A DNA stretch of 64,000 bases from an uncultured Actinomycetota bacterium (GTDB lineage: Bacteria; Actinomycetota; Actinomycetes; Mycobacteriales; Mycobacteriaceae): assembly GCA_963849055.1 (NCBI GenBank), contig CAWKFI010000004.1:848224-912223 (forward strand), written 5' to 3'. Position numbers and translations under genes: made by a program. This document shows, in pieces, positions 30,250 to 42,361 of this stretch. How positions within the stretch are numbered: the stretch's first letter is position 1; every line of letters begins with the position of its first letter. The notes below the pieces were generated by a model that saw nothing but the letters and a program-made list of their open reading frames with translations, was not told the DNA's origin and did not search any database.

Positions 30250-32591
30250 ATGACCTCTGATCGTACTCGCCACCGAAACCGATCAGCTCCTCGAGGGGCT
30301 CAACCCGCAGCAGCGCCAGGCGGTGCTGCACGAGGGCTCGCCGCTGCTGATCGTCGCGGGCGCGGGCTCGGGCAAGACGGCGGTGCTGACCCGCCGCATC
30401 GCCTACCTGCTGGCCGCCCGCGACGTCGGCGTCGGCCAGGTCCTGGCCATCACGTTCACCAACAAGGCCGCCGCGGAGATGCGCGAGCGCGTGGTCGCAC
30501 CTGGTCGGCCCCAGCGGCCACGGTCCATGTGGGTGTCGACGTTCCACTCGACCTGCGTGCGGATCCTGCGCAACCAGGCGTCGCTGCTGCCGGGGCTGAA
30601 CTCCAACTTCTCGATCTACGACGCCGACGACTCGCGGCGCCTGCTGATGATGATCGCCAAGGACATGGGCCTCGACACCAAGCGGTACTCGCCGCGGCTG
30701 CTGGCCAACGACATCTCCAACCTGAAGAACGAGCTGATCGAGCCGCGAGCAGGCGGCAGCCGAGCGCGACGGAGGTGCGGCGAGGAACTGCCCCGCATCG
30801 TCGCCGAGGTGTACGCCGAATACCAGCGCCGGCTGCGGGCGGCCAACGCGCTGGACTTCGACGACCTGATCGGCGAGACGGTCGCTGTGCTGCAGGCCTT
30901 CCCGCAGATCGCCCAGTACTACCGGCGGCGGTTCCGGCACATCCTGGTCGACGAGTACCAGGACACCAACCACGCCCAGTACATGCTGGTGCGCGAGCTG
31001 GTCGGGCCACGCGGCCCGCGAGGACGGAGACCGCGACACCGTGCCGCCGGCCGAGCTGTGCGTGGTCGGCGACGCCGACCAGTCGATCTACGCGTTCCGC
31101 GGCGCCACGATCCGCAACATCGAGGACTTCGAGCGCGACTACCCGAACGCCACGACGATTCTGCTGGAACAGAACTACCGCTCCACCCAGAACATCCTGT
31201 CCGCGGCCAACTCCGTCATCTCCCGCAACGCCGGCCGCCGCGAGAAGCGGCTGTGGACCGATGCCGGTGAGGGCGAGCTCATCGTCGGCTACGTCGCCGA
31301 CAACGAGCACGACGAGGCCCGGTTCGTCGCCCAGGAGATCGACGCGCTCGCCGACCGCGGCGACATCACCTACAACGACGTCGCGGTGTTCTACCGCACC
31401 AACAACTCGTCCCGCGCGCTGGAAGAGGTCTTCATCCGCGCCGGCATTCCGTACAAGGTCGTCGGCGGAGTGCGGTTCTACGAGCGCAAGGAGATTCGCG
31501 ACATCGTCGCCTATCTGCGGGTGCTCGACAACCCCGGCGACGCGGTGAGCATGCGCCGGATCCTCAACACGCCGCGCCGCGGCATCGGCGACCGCGCCGA
31601 GGCGTGCGTGGCGGTCCACGCCGAGAACACCGGCGGCCAGCTTCAACGACGCACTGCAGGCCGCCGCCGAGGGCAGGGTGCCGATGCTGAACACCCGCTC
31701 GGAGAAGGCGATCGCCGCGTTCGTCGAGCTGCTCGACGAGCTGCGGGGCAAGCTTGGACGACGAGCTCGGCGACCTGGTCGAGGCGGTGCTGGACCGCAC
31801 CGGCTACCGCCGCGAGCTCGAATCATCCAGCGACCCACAGGATCTGGCGCGCCTCGACAACCTCAACGAATTGGTCAGCGTCGCACACGAATTCAGCATC
31901 GACCTGGCCAATGCCGCTGCGCTGCGGGAAGAGGCGGGCGAACAGCTGGACGAGGACATCCCCGACACCGGTGTGCTCGCCGCAGTTCCTCGAGCGGGTG
32001 TCGCTGGTCGCCGACGCCGACGAACTCCCCGAACACGGCGCGGGCGTCGTCACGATGATGACGCTGCACACCGCCAAGGGCCTGGAGTTCCCGGTCGTCT
32101 TCGTCACCGGCTGGGAGGACGGCATGTTCCCGCACATGCGGGCGCTGGGCGATCCGACCGAGCTGTCCGAGGAACGGCGGCTGGCCTACGTCGGCATCAC
32201 CCGGGCCCGGCAGCGGCTCTACCTGAGCCGCGCGAAGGTGCGCTCGTCGTGGGGCCAGCCGATGCTCAACCCGGAATCGCGGTTCCTGCGCGAGATTCCG
32301 CAGGAGCTCATCGACTGGCGCCGCGTCGAGCGCCGCGCCGTCGTTCAGCGCCCCCGTGAGCGGCGCGGGACGGTTCGGTCCCGCCCGGCCGGCGCCGACG
32401 CGAGGCGCCGCGCGGCAAGCGCCCGATGATCGTGCTGGAACCGGGCGATCGCGTCACCCACGACAAGTACGGGCTGGGCCGCGTCGAGGAGGTGTCCGGC
32501 GTGGGGGAGTCGGCGATGTCGCTCATCGACTTCGGTAGCGCGGGTCGGGTCAAGCTCATGCACAACCACGCGCCGATTCAGAAGCTTGTAG
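30250..32591 (+). CDS. uvrD1: ATP-dependent DNA helicase UvrD1/PcrA, multiple frameshifts
   Basis: AGAGSGKT, ITFTNKAA, LVDEYQDTN, VGDADQSIY, QNYRST, MTLHTAKGLEF, EERRLAYVGITRA, Tudor-like GDRVTHDKYG. Confidence 0.93.
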
Positions 32592-33161
32592 ACCTAGCGG
32601 GTCCAACGCCCGGTCGCAGGCAGCAGCGCGAGCAGCGACGCTGGCGACGGGCAGCACCGGGATGCCGTAGACGATCGGCGGCAGGCTGGCGCCCGCGACG
32701 AACAGGCCGGCGAAGATCATCAACGCCACCACCGAGCCGACCACGATGAGCAGCCGCCCGATCCGGCGGCGCAGCAGCAGCACGATCAGACCGCCGATGG
32801 TCGCCGCCGCCGACACCGCGGTGAGGAAACCGATGGCCACGCAGAACAATGCGTCGGTTCGCCACCACCCGGCGATCAACGACGTGGCGATGACGGCGGT
32901 CGCCCAGCCGCTGACGATGCTGACCGTCGCGGTGATCGACGCGGCCGTGGGGCTGGGACGCGGCCTGCCGGCCGGTCCGACCGCCACGGGCGTGGGACGC
33001 GGGATGTAGCTGGTCTGGGACTCGTCAGGGTGCGCTGTGGGCGGCTGGACGCGTGGGAACGAACCGGTGGGGTGACGGCGAATGATGCTCGTCTGCGGAT
33101 CCGAGTCGTCGGGCTGACGCCGGATGATGTTGGTTCGGTCGGGAGGTCCGCCGGATGTCAC
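32556..33161 (-). CDS. Membrane protein with Pro-rich N-terminus
   Basis: Repeated T(N/S)IIRR motif, then 4 hydrophobic segments; the true stop is probably near 32594 (frameshift). Confidence 0.7.
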   Translation of the reverse strand: MTSGGPPDRTNIIRRQPDDSDPQTSIIRRHPTGSFPRVQPPTAHPDESQTSYIPRPTPVAVGPAGRPRPSPTAASITATVSIVSGWATAVIATSLIAGWWRTDALFCVAIGFLTAVSAAATIGGLIVLLLRRRIGRLLIVVGSVVALMIFAGLFVAGASLPPIVYGIPVLPVASVAARAAACDRALDPLGLQASESARGCA

Positions 33162-33190
33162 AAAGCCAGCCTAGCCAGCCACGGAGGCGG

Positions 33191-34255
33191 TCAGCCGACG
33201 TAGCTGCCGGGGTCAGCCCCCGCTGGGCCAGCCACGGCACGGGGTCGACCCGGTTGGTGCCGTCCGAGCAGGACCTCGAAGTGCAGGTGCGGGCCGGTCG
33301 AGTTGCCGCGGTTGCCGATGGTGGCGATCTGGTCGCCGGCCATCACGCGCTGTCCGACGCTGACGAGCCAGGTGTTGACGTGGCCGTAGAGCGTGACGGT
33401 GCCGTCGGAGTGGCGCAGCTTGACCCAGGCGCCGTAACCGGCGGTCGGGCCCACGTCGATCACCACGCCGTCGGAGGCGGCCAGAATCGGCGTGCCGATC
33501 GAGTTCGCGATGTCGATGCCGCCGTGCAGCACGCCCCAGCGGTAGCCGAAGCCGGACGTCCACACGCCCTTGGTGGGCATCACGAACAGCGGCCGCGCCA
33601 GCCGGGCCTCGCGTTCGGCGCGCTCCTGCGCGAACGCCGCGGCCTTGGGATCTCCTCGGTGTGCACCGACGGCACTGGCCGCCGCGGGGGCGACCGTGAC
33701 GATCTGCATGCCGTCGGCCGAGCCGGTGATGACGCTGCCGTCGACGAACGCGGACTGTCCGGCCGCGAGCATCGTGCCTTCTTGCTCGGAGCCGGAGCTG
33801 TTCGCCACCGAGTAGGCGGCCGCGGCCGTTGCGCCGGCAGCCATCGCCGCGGCGACGAGGCGTGCCTTGACCGCGCCGTTGTCGGGCTTGCGATGCACGC
33901 CGCGGCGGCCGGGCATGTCGATGATGTCGGTGGCCGCCATGCCGTCGCTCACGTCGGTGTGGCTGTCGCGGTACGCGTGCGCTGGCTGCCGGCCTTCACC
34001 GACGGGCGGCTGGAACTCGTGACGGCACGGCGAGCCGCAGCGGCACCAGGTCGTCGGTGTCGTGGAGGTCGTCGAGCTCGGGCGCGCGCATCACGCGGAA
34101 TTCGCGGTCGAAGGCGGAGTGTTGCAAAAGTCCAGGTCACCGAGGTCACCGAACTCATTGAACGGGATGATGTCGGTGGTCTCGTTGGGGATTCTGGTGG
34201 GTTGGCCGGTCGACGATCCTCCAAGTGGAGTTCTGGTCGAACCTTGCTCTGCCAA
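33191..34255 (-). CDS. M23 peptidoglycan endopeptidase (Rv0950c-like), frameshifted
   Basis: ETTDIIPF acidic N-terminus, RRGVHRK, TSGFGYRWGVLHGGIDIAN, LYGHVN, GNSTGPHLHFEV. Confidence 0.88.
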
Positions 34256-34359
34256 CCGAAAAGTCCTTCTCGTCGTGACCTTAACGTTATCTAGACCGTA
34301 GGCACGTTAACCAAAATCCAATGTTGGTGGCAACCCGAGAGTTGATTCCGGCCAAGATT

Positions 34360-34401
34360 GTGATTTCGAATCACTACAGCGCCCCGGTGAGATGTGCCAC
34401 A
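34360..34401. promoter_or_regulatory. CRP-like site(s) in the M23-sucC divergent region
   Basis: GGTGA-gatgtg-CCACA (34386-34401) and palindrome GTGATT-tcg-AATCAC (34360-34374). Confidence 0.5.
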
Positions 34402-34515
34402 TGAGCGGTAGGCGGTGCCGACGTGTCCGGTCGGTGTGGATAAAGTTCGCACGAGCCTCTCAGGTCGAATACTCGTAAATCAACTCAAACGTCAACGCAG
34501 ACAGACAGTGAGCCC

Positions 34516-35680
<1,165 letters not shown>

Positions 35681-35695
35681 GAGGACGAGAAAAAA

Positions 35696-36598
35696 ATGGC
35701 AATCTTCCTGACCAAGGACTCCAAGGTCATCGTGCAGGGCATCACCGGCGGTGAGGGCACCAAGCACACCGCGCTGATGCTGAAGGCCGGCACCCAGGTG
35801 GTCGGCGGCGTCAACGCCCGCAAGGCCGGCACCAAGGTGTCGCACAAGGACAAGGACGGCAACGACGTCGAGCTGCCGGTGTTCGCCAGCGTCGCCGAGG
35901 CGATGAAGGAGACCGGCGCCGACGTGTCGATCGCGTTCGTGCCGCCGGCGTTCTCCAAGGACGCCATCATCGAGGCCATCGACGCCGAGATCCCGCTGCT
36001 GGTCGTCATCACCGAGGGAATCCCGGTGCAGGACAGCGCCTATGCGTGGGCCTACAACGTCGAGAAGGGCGAGAAGACCCGCATCATCGGGCCGAACTGC
36101 CCAGGCATCATCACGCCCGGTGAGTCGCTGGTCGGCATCACGCCGAACAACATCACCGGCAAGGGCCCGATCGGCCTGGTGTCGAAGTCCGGCACGCTGA
36201 CCTACCAGATGATGTACGAGCTGCGCGATCTCGGCTTCTCCACCGCCATCGGCATCGGCGGCGACCCGGTCATCGGCACCACCCACATCGACGCCATCGA
36301 GGCGTTCGAGAAGGACCCCGAGACCAAGGTCATCGTGATGATCGGTGAGATCGGTGGCGACGCCGAGGAGAAGGCCGCCGCCTACGTCAAGGCCAACGTC
36401 TCCAAGCCGGTCATCGGCTACGTCGCGGGCTTCACCGCGCCCGAGGGCAAGACCATGGGCCACGCCGGCGCCATCGTCTCCGACGGTGCGGGCACCGCCC
36501 AGGGCAAGAAGGAAGCCCTCGAGGCCGCAGGCGTCAAGGTCGGCAAGACGCCGTCCGAGACCGCGTCGCTGGCCCGGGAGATCCTGCAGAACCTCTAG
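35696..36598 (+). CDS. sucD: Succinyl-CoA synthetase alpha subunit
   Basis: [29 protein letters not shown]. Confidence 0.97.
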   Translation: MAIFLTKDSKVIVQGITGGEGTKHTALMLKAGTQVVGGVNARKAGTKVSHKDKDGNDVELPVFASVAEAMKETGADVSIAFVPPAFSKDAIIEAIDAEIPLLVVITEGIPVQDSAYAWAYNVEKGEKTRIIGPNCPGIITPGESLVGITPNNITGKGPIGLVSKSGTLTYQMMYELRDLGFSTAIGIGGDPVIGTTHIDAIEAFEKDPETKVIVMIGEIGGDAEEKAAAYVKANVSKPVIGYVAGFTAPEGKTMGHAGAIVSDGAGTAQGKKEALEAAGVKVGKTPSETASLAREILQNL

Positions 36599-36605
36599 TC
36601 CGCAA

Positions 36606-36688
36606 CGCCGAAATTGGGCCCCCGCGTGCAATGGGACATTCCCTGTCGTCGAGCCGCGAGGTTGACGACAGGGAATTCTATTTCGGCG
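36606..36688. terminator. Nested hairpin after sucD (terminator or REP-like)
   Basis: ATTCCCTGTCGTC (36638-36650) pairs with GACGACAGGGAAT (36664-36676); outer arms CGCCGAAAT/ATTTCGGCG. Confidence 0.7.
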
Positions 36689-36692
36689 GAAT

Positions 36693-36706
36693 TGGAACGT
36701 GTTCCA
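36693..36706. promoter_or_regulatory. KstR box
   Basis: TGGAACGTGTTCCA, about 45 nt upstream of the thiolase-like gene. Confidence 0.8.
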
Positions 36707-36751
36707 GTCATCGGTTAGCGTGACGAACTAACACATTCCTGGAGGTTCGTA

Positions 36752-38290
36752 ATGCCGGTCGATCCGCGCACCCCCGTCATCGTCGGCGTCGGGCAGTTCA
36801 CCGAGCGCATCGACGACCCGGACTACCGCGGCATGTCCGCCGTCGATCTGGCCACCGAGGGCGTGCGGGCCGCGTTGGCCGACACCGGCGCGGACACGAG
36901 CGCGGTGGCGCAGGCGATCGAGGTGTTCGTCGGGCTGCGGCAGTTCGAGATCTGCACGCCGTTCGGAAAGCCGCCGCTGGGCTGTTCGGACAACTACGTG
37001 CGATCAGTGGCACGACGCGTCGGCGCCGATCCCGCGCGCGCGGTACTCGAGCCCATCGGCGGCAACGGCCCGCAGAAGCTGGTCACGGAGTTCGCCGGCG
37101 CGATCGCCGCGGGCGACATCGAGGTGGCGTTGATCCTCGGCTCCGAGAACGGTTCGACGTTGAAGTACCTTTGCGCGCCGCGAAGACAAGCCGGACCACA
37201 GTGAGACGGTCGGCGGCCAGCTCGAGGACCGCGGCTACGGTTTCGAGCAGTACATGAGCGAGTACACCGCGTCGCACGGGTTGACCGGTGCGCCCGTGCA
37301 GTACGGACTGCTCGACAACGCGCGCCGCAGCGCGTCTGGGTCTCGGCGTCGGCGACTACCGCCGAAAGATGGCCGAACTCTTCGCGCCGTTCTCGAAAGT
37401 GGCTGCCAAGAACCCGTTTTCGTCGTCACCGGTGGAGCGCTCGGTCGACGAGCTCATGACGGTCACCGATGAGAACCGGATGATCTGCGACCCGTACCCG
37501 CGGTTGATGGTGGCACGCGATCAGGTAAACCAGGGTGCGGCAGTGCTGGTGATGTCGGTGGCGGCTGCCCGACGACTCGGGCGTGCCTGAGGAGAAGTGG
37601 GTGTACCTGCGCGGGCACGCCGATCAAACCGAGCAGGACCTGTTGGACCGGGCGGACGTCGGCGTCAGCATCTCTGCGGAACAGGCAGTGGCAGAAGCGC
37701 TTCGGGTGGCGGGCATCGGCATCGACGACGTCGCGACCTTCGATCTCTACAGCTGCTTCCCGTTCCCCGTCTTCGCCGTGTGCGACGCGTTCGGGCTGGC
37801 TGCCGACGATCCGCGAGGGTTGACGCTCACCGGTGGTCTGCCGTACTTCGGCGGACCCGGCAACAGCTACTCCCTGCACGGAATCGCCGAGACGGTCGCC
37901 GAAATGCGAGACAGGCCAGGAGCTTTCGGTCTCGTCGGCGCGAACGGCGGCGTCATGAGCAAGTACTCGGTCGGGGTGTACTCGACCGAACCCGCCGATT
38001 GGGTGGCCGACCGCGGCAAGGCACTGCAAGCCGACATCGCCGCGCTGCCGAAGGTGCCGGTCACCCGCAACGCGGACGGCCGGGCCACGATCGAGACCTA
38101 CTCCGTGCGCTACGACTGGCCGGTTCGGACGGGCATCATCATCGGGCGGCTGGAATCCGACGACAGCCGGTTCCTGGCCATCACCGAGGACGAGGACCTG
38201 GTGGCGCTGATGTCCGACGGTGACCCGTTGGGCGCCCAGATCGCCGTGAAGTCGACGGAAGACGGCATCAACCGCGCGTCACTGGCCTGA
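36752..38290 (+). CDS. Acetyl-CoA acetyltransferase / thiolase-like protein, frameshifted
   Basis: DPRTPVIVGVGQ, GGNGPQ, NRMICDPYP..VNQGAA, DLYSCFP, LTLTGGLPYFGGPGN, ANGG. Confidence 0.85.
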
Positions 38291-38529
38291 ACCCGGCGGG
38301 TCACTTCGCCCGACGTCGCGGCACGCGCCCCTTCGACTCGAACCGAAGGCGGTTCCCTGCCCGCTTCACGCGGCGATGTTCGGCGTGCGGGTCGTCGAAT
38401 ACCTGGACGATGTGCGGGCTGATGAAGTGCATGACGTTCCTCCCGGGTCGTTCCGCTAAGCGGAGTCCTCTTGCCCAAGGAACTGTCGTCCTCGTCGCTC
38501 GCCGAGGCGTGCGTAGTCGACTACGCGAA

Positions 38530-39012
38530 TCAGAACGTCCAGCTCCCAGAGGGCTTCAGGACGAAGCCATGCTTGTTGTCGGCGTCGATGCACGCAACCA
38601 GCCCATCGTCACCGACGGCGCACGTGCCGTTCCTTCCGACCATCTTTCTACCGGCGGCTAGTGGCATGACACGGGAAGAAGCGCACTCACGCCCAGAACG
38701 TTCGAAGGCATATGGCGCATCGGACGATTCACCACTCTTGCGTACCGACGGGCAGCCCTTTCCGTTGGCTGAGTCCGGAAGGCCCCGGAGGTTGCCGCTG
38801 CAGACGATGGCCTTCTGCGGCCCGAAGTCGACGACGCAGGTGATCTGTTCCGCGGTCCTAAACGCCGCCGATGTCACCTTTGGTTCGTTGGAATTGACCG
38901 GGGTGAACCCTCTGAGGTCGGGGAAGTTCGCGGGCGGGTCTGCGGTCTTCGGGGCCGACGAACACGCGGCGAGTCCGAACGCTAGGACGGCCGCCCACTG
39001 CGCCGCGCGCAT
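38530..39012 (-). CDS. LppI-like lipoprotein (candidate immunity protein 2)
   Basis: Lipobox LAAC; FPDL...6 Cys...HGFVLKPSGSWTF. Confidence 0.75.
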   Translation of the reverse strand: MRAAQWAAVLAFGLAACSSAPKTADPPANFPDLRGFTPVNSNEPKVTSAAFRTAEQITCVVDFGPQKAIVCSGNLRGLPDSANGKGCPSVRKSGESSDAPYAFERSGRECASSRVMPLAAGRKMVGRNGTCAVGDDGLVACIDADNKHGFVLKPSGSWTF

Positions 39013-39536
39013 CAGAAGACCCAACTTCCGGACGGTTGCAGCACGAAGCCGTGATCGCCCTGAATGCAAGCAGTGAGCCGACCCTCGCCAACGACGCACG
39101 TGGTGCCAAAGGCAGTGTTGGTCACCTTCTGTCCGGGGGCCAGCATCGCGTCGGCTGCGTGTACGCATTGTCTGTCGTTGGAACCAAATGCGAATGGCTG
39201 TGATGCCGCGTCTCCGTCGCGCTGCACTGAATCGCAGGCGCCAGGGTTGTCAGGACGCCCCGGGAACTCGCCTGTGCACCAGGATGAGCCGCCGATGGCG
39301 CAGCTGATGCCGTCGGGCGTCGTGAAGAACAGATAGCCGTTCGCCCAGCGCTCCGCGTACGAGAAGGGTCGGATGAAATGCCCAGGGGCCGCGTCAGTGA
39401 ACCGGGTTAGATCGGGGAACCCGACTGGCTGAGCTGCGGCCGATGGTGGCGACACGACTCCAGCCGAGACGACGAATGCAATCGTCGCAAGTGCGCGCAA
39501 CGTGGACGCCTGGAAATAGCTGCCAGTCAACAGCAT
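39012..39536 (-). CDS. Secreted LppI-like paralog (candidate immunity protein 1)
   Basis: Signal peptide ending AAA; FPDL...6 Cys...HGFVLQPSGSWVF; GAGGGG SD. Confidence 0.75.
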   Translation of the reverse strand: MLLTGSYFQASTLRALATIAFVVSAGVVSPPSAAAQPVGFPDLTRFTDAAPGHFIRPFSYAERWANGYLFFTTPDGISCAIGGSSWCTGEFPGRPDNPGACDSVQRDGDAASQPFAFGSNDRQCVHAADAMLAPGQKVTNTAFGTTCVVGEGRLTACIQGDHGFVLQPSGSWVF

Positions 39537-39548
39537 TCGTACCCCTCG

Positions 39549-41028
39549 TTAGTGCTGGACGGTGATGTTCGTCTGATACGTCTTCGGGTTGTAGGGCATC
39601 GACGGCTGCTCTGGCGTCGGAACCCATCCCGGCGGTTTCTCCCACGTGCTCACCCGAAGTTGAACGGATTCTTGACCCGTCACTGGGTCGTAGACGGTGT
39701 CGACGACCGTTGGGCCATACGGGGCTGCGCCCCCGGGCCAACCTTGCCCGGGCGGGAAGAGTGGCGTGGCTTGCGCAGTGAGCAGGCCCTCTGGTGTAGA
39801 GGCGGTGACGGCGCTCATCGGTTGATCCCCAGGAACATTGCGGTCGAAGTTGTCCGAGCCGACGAGCATGAACCCGCCGCCCTTCAGCGCGACGATTTGG
39901 TTCTCCCTATCGCCGGGCAATCCCTGGATCTCGCCCTGTGGTTTCAGGGTCTGCATCCAACCGTTGGGATTCGCGGGATCGATGGGGTCGGACATGTACA
40001 GCATTCTCGTCCGGTCGCCGGGGTGCGGTCCGGTGTTTCCGACGACGATCATGCGGTTGGTCTTCGGGTCGTAGACACCGCTGGCCTGCGAGATCCCGGG
40101 GAGTACGCCGATGCTCTTGGATGGATCGTTCATGTCGACCACGGTCGTGTCGGCGGTGGCGTACTCCGGATTCGGTTGGCCATCGGGCCCCAAGTAGGGG
40201 ACTTCGCTGTACAAGGCGTACTGCTTGCCATCAGGGCCAACGATCGTGCCCGTGGGCAACGGCCTCGTCGGTGCGTCGGGATTCGGATTGTCGGGCGTCG
40301 GGTTTGGGTTGCCGGGGATCTCCAGCGGATTCCGCTCACCGTTCAGCGTGGGGTAGTTCGTCCGGCCGTCACCGCTGATCTCGATGCCGGTGCCGGGAAT
40401 GGTGACGTTCAAGTCGCCTTGAGTGCCGTCCGGAGTCAGCGGCGTCGGGCCACCGACGATCTTGGGGTCGGGCGACGGCGCCGCCCCGGGGACACCACCC
40501 TTGCCGCCCTCGAGGTCGAATTCGTGGAGCGCGGTCGTGACGGTGCCGAGTTCGTCGGCGACCCCCTGGTCGGTCTGCACGAGAATCATTGCCTTGCCAC
40601 GGATGTCAGCTTGGAGGTGCGCGGCGGCGATCTTGCGCACCAGCGCCAGCGCGGCGCTGAAGATCGCAGGCATGCGGTCGGTCACGGTGAGGTCCTCGCT
40701 GACCGCGAAGAACTGGTTGAGGGCGCTCTCGATCGCCGCGACGGCAACCCGCTTCGCCGCGTCGATCGACCTCCGCGCCCCTCGTCGCGATTCCCGCCGC
40801 CTGGTTCAGGCGGTCGAGGGCGCCTCGGAGCTTCGCCAGGTTCTCGAACAGTTTGGCGCTGGCACGATCCGCCGCGCCACCGGTCCACGGCGCCTGGTCG
40901 ACGGCGCGCTGCGCCTGCCCGTACAGCTGCTCGGTCAGGGAAGCCTGACGCTGCCAGCTCATCGCGGCGGATTGCAGGTGCCCCGTCGTCCAGCCCTCGA
41001 CACGCGAGCGAGTCGGCGTCTCGACCAT
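39549..41028 (-). CDS. WXG100-like N-terminal domain, Pro/Gly linker and DUF4185-like C-terminal domain (putative type VII effector); one frameshift near 40770
   Basis: PTRSRVEGWTTGHL...PWTGGAADRA...FAVSEDLTVTD; C-terminal LPTGTI, SQASGVYD, PYGPTVV, RVSTW, YNP. Confidence 0.72.
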
Positions 41029-41030
41029 CG

Positions 41031-41324
41031 CTACTTCGGCGGCTGCATCGTCGCGTCGACGTGACGGGCCTCTTCGGCGTCCGTCGCGGCATACGCACGC
41101 GCGGCGCCCGCAACGTCGTCGGCGAACAGCAGAAGGTTGGCCGAGGCCTCGCTCATCACGTGGTTGGCGGCGGCGGTGACGTCGACGGTCGCCTGCCCGG
41201 TCGGTTGCGCGACGGGAGGCTGCCACTCGTGCACGACGCCGTCGGACAGCTCGTCACTCCACCCGGCGAGCTCGCGGGCGACGGCCTCGAGCGCCGCGGT
41301 GTCGACTTTCAGCGGACCCGTCAC
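41031..41324 (-). CDS. Small ESX/WXG-like type VII secretion partner
   Basis: 97-aa helical hairpin: LKVDTAALEAVAREL...AARAYAATDAEEA with a YxxxD secretion motif. Confidence 0.72.
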   Translation of the reverse strand: MTGPLKVDTAALEAVARELAGWSDELSDGVVHEWQPPVAQPTGQATVDVTAAANHVMSEASANLLLFADDVAGAARAYAATDAEEARHVDATMQPPK

Positions 41325-41385
41325 GGTATCCACGGTAGTGCAGGCGGAAAGAGGTGCGGCGCACCATTTCCGGGAGGCGAGGACC

Positions 41386-42234
41386 CTACGCGAAGGCGGC
41401 GATCTTGCCCGCCAAGCGCTCCACGTAGGACGCGACATCGGACTCGGACTTGTCGGGCAGGCCGAACAGCACCTCGGTGACGCCGAGTTCGGCCCAGCGG
41501 GCCAGCTTCTCGGCGTCGGGCTTGAAGTCCAGTGCCACGATCTGCGGTGCGCCGTCCCGCCCGGCCGCCGCCCAGGTGTCCTGCAGCAGCTTCACCGGGG
41601 TGTCGATGTCGAAGTCGCGCGGCGTGGTGATCCAGCCGTCGGCGGATTTCGAGATCCACTTGAAGTTCTTCTCGGTCCCCGCGGCGCCCACCAGCACCGG
41701 GATGTGCGACTGGACGGGCTTGGGCCAGGCCCAGCTGGGTCCGAATTTCACGAATTCGCCGTCGAATTCGGCTTCCTCCTGCGTCCACAGCGCGCGCATG
41801 GCCTCGAGGTACTCGCGCAGCATCGTGCGGCGCCGGCCCGGCGGGACGTTGTGGTCGGTGAGTTCGTCGGTGTTCCAGCCGAATCCGACGCCCAGGCTGA
41901 CCCGGCCGCCCGACAGGTGATCGAGCGTGGCGATGGACTTGGCCAGCGTGATCGGGTCGTGCTCGACCGGCAGCGCCACGGCCGTCGACAGCCGCACCCG
42001 CGACGTCACCGCCGCCGCCGTGCCCAGGCTGACCCACGGGTCCAGCGTGCGCATGTAGCGGTCGTCGGGCAGCGACTCGTCGCCGGTGGTCGGGTGCGCT
42101 GCCTCCCGCTTGATCGGGATGTGGGTGTGTTCGGGCACGTAGAAGGTATGAAAGCCGTGGTCGTCGGCCAACTTGGCAGCTGCCGCCGGAGTGATCCCGC
42201 GGTCGCTGGTGAAGAGAACGAGCCCGTAGTCCAT
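41386..42234 (-). CDS. F420-dependent LLM oxidoreductase (Rv0953c ortholog)
   Basis: MDYGLVLFTSDRG, VPEHTHIP, LDPWVSL, TLDHLSGGR, GFGWN. Confidence 0.92.
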   Translation of the reverse strand: MDYGLVLFTSDRGITPAAAAKLADDHGFHTFYVPEHTHIPIKREAAHPTTGDESLPDDRYMRTLDPWVSLGTAAAVTSRVRLSTAVALPVEHDPITLAKSIATLDHLSGGRVSLGVGFGWNTDELTDHNVPPGRRRTMLREYLEAMRALWTQEEAEFDGEFVKFGPSWAWPKPVQSHIPVLVGAAGTEKNFKWISKSADGWITTPRDFDIDTPVKLLQDTWAAAGRDGAPQIVALDFKPDAEKLARWAELGVTEVLFGLPDKSESDVASYVERLAGKIAAFA

Positions 42235-42242
42235 CCCAGAAT

Positions 42243-42256
42243 TAGAACGTGTTCCA
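42243..42256. promoter_or_regulatory. KstR box
   Basis: TAGAACGTGTTCCA, 8 nt upstream of the Rv0953c-like ATG. Confidence 0.85.
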
Positions 42257-42361
42257 GTCTGTCGGCGCAAGGCGGGTGCCCGCTACTCACCTTTGCGTGC
42301 CCCGAACTCGCGTAGTCCGCTACTCACGACCCGGGGCGGCTACGACGGCACAGTTCGGGTC

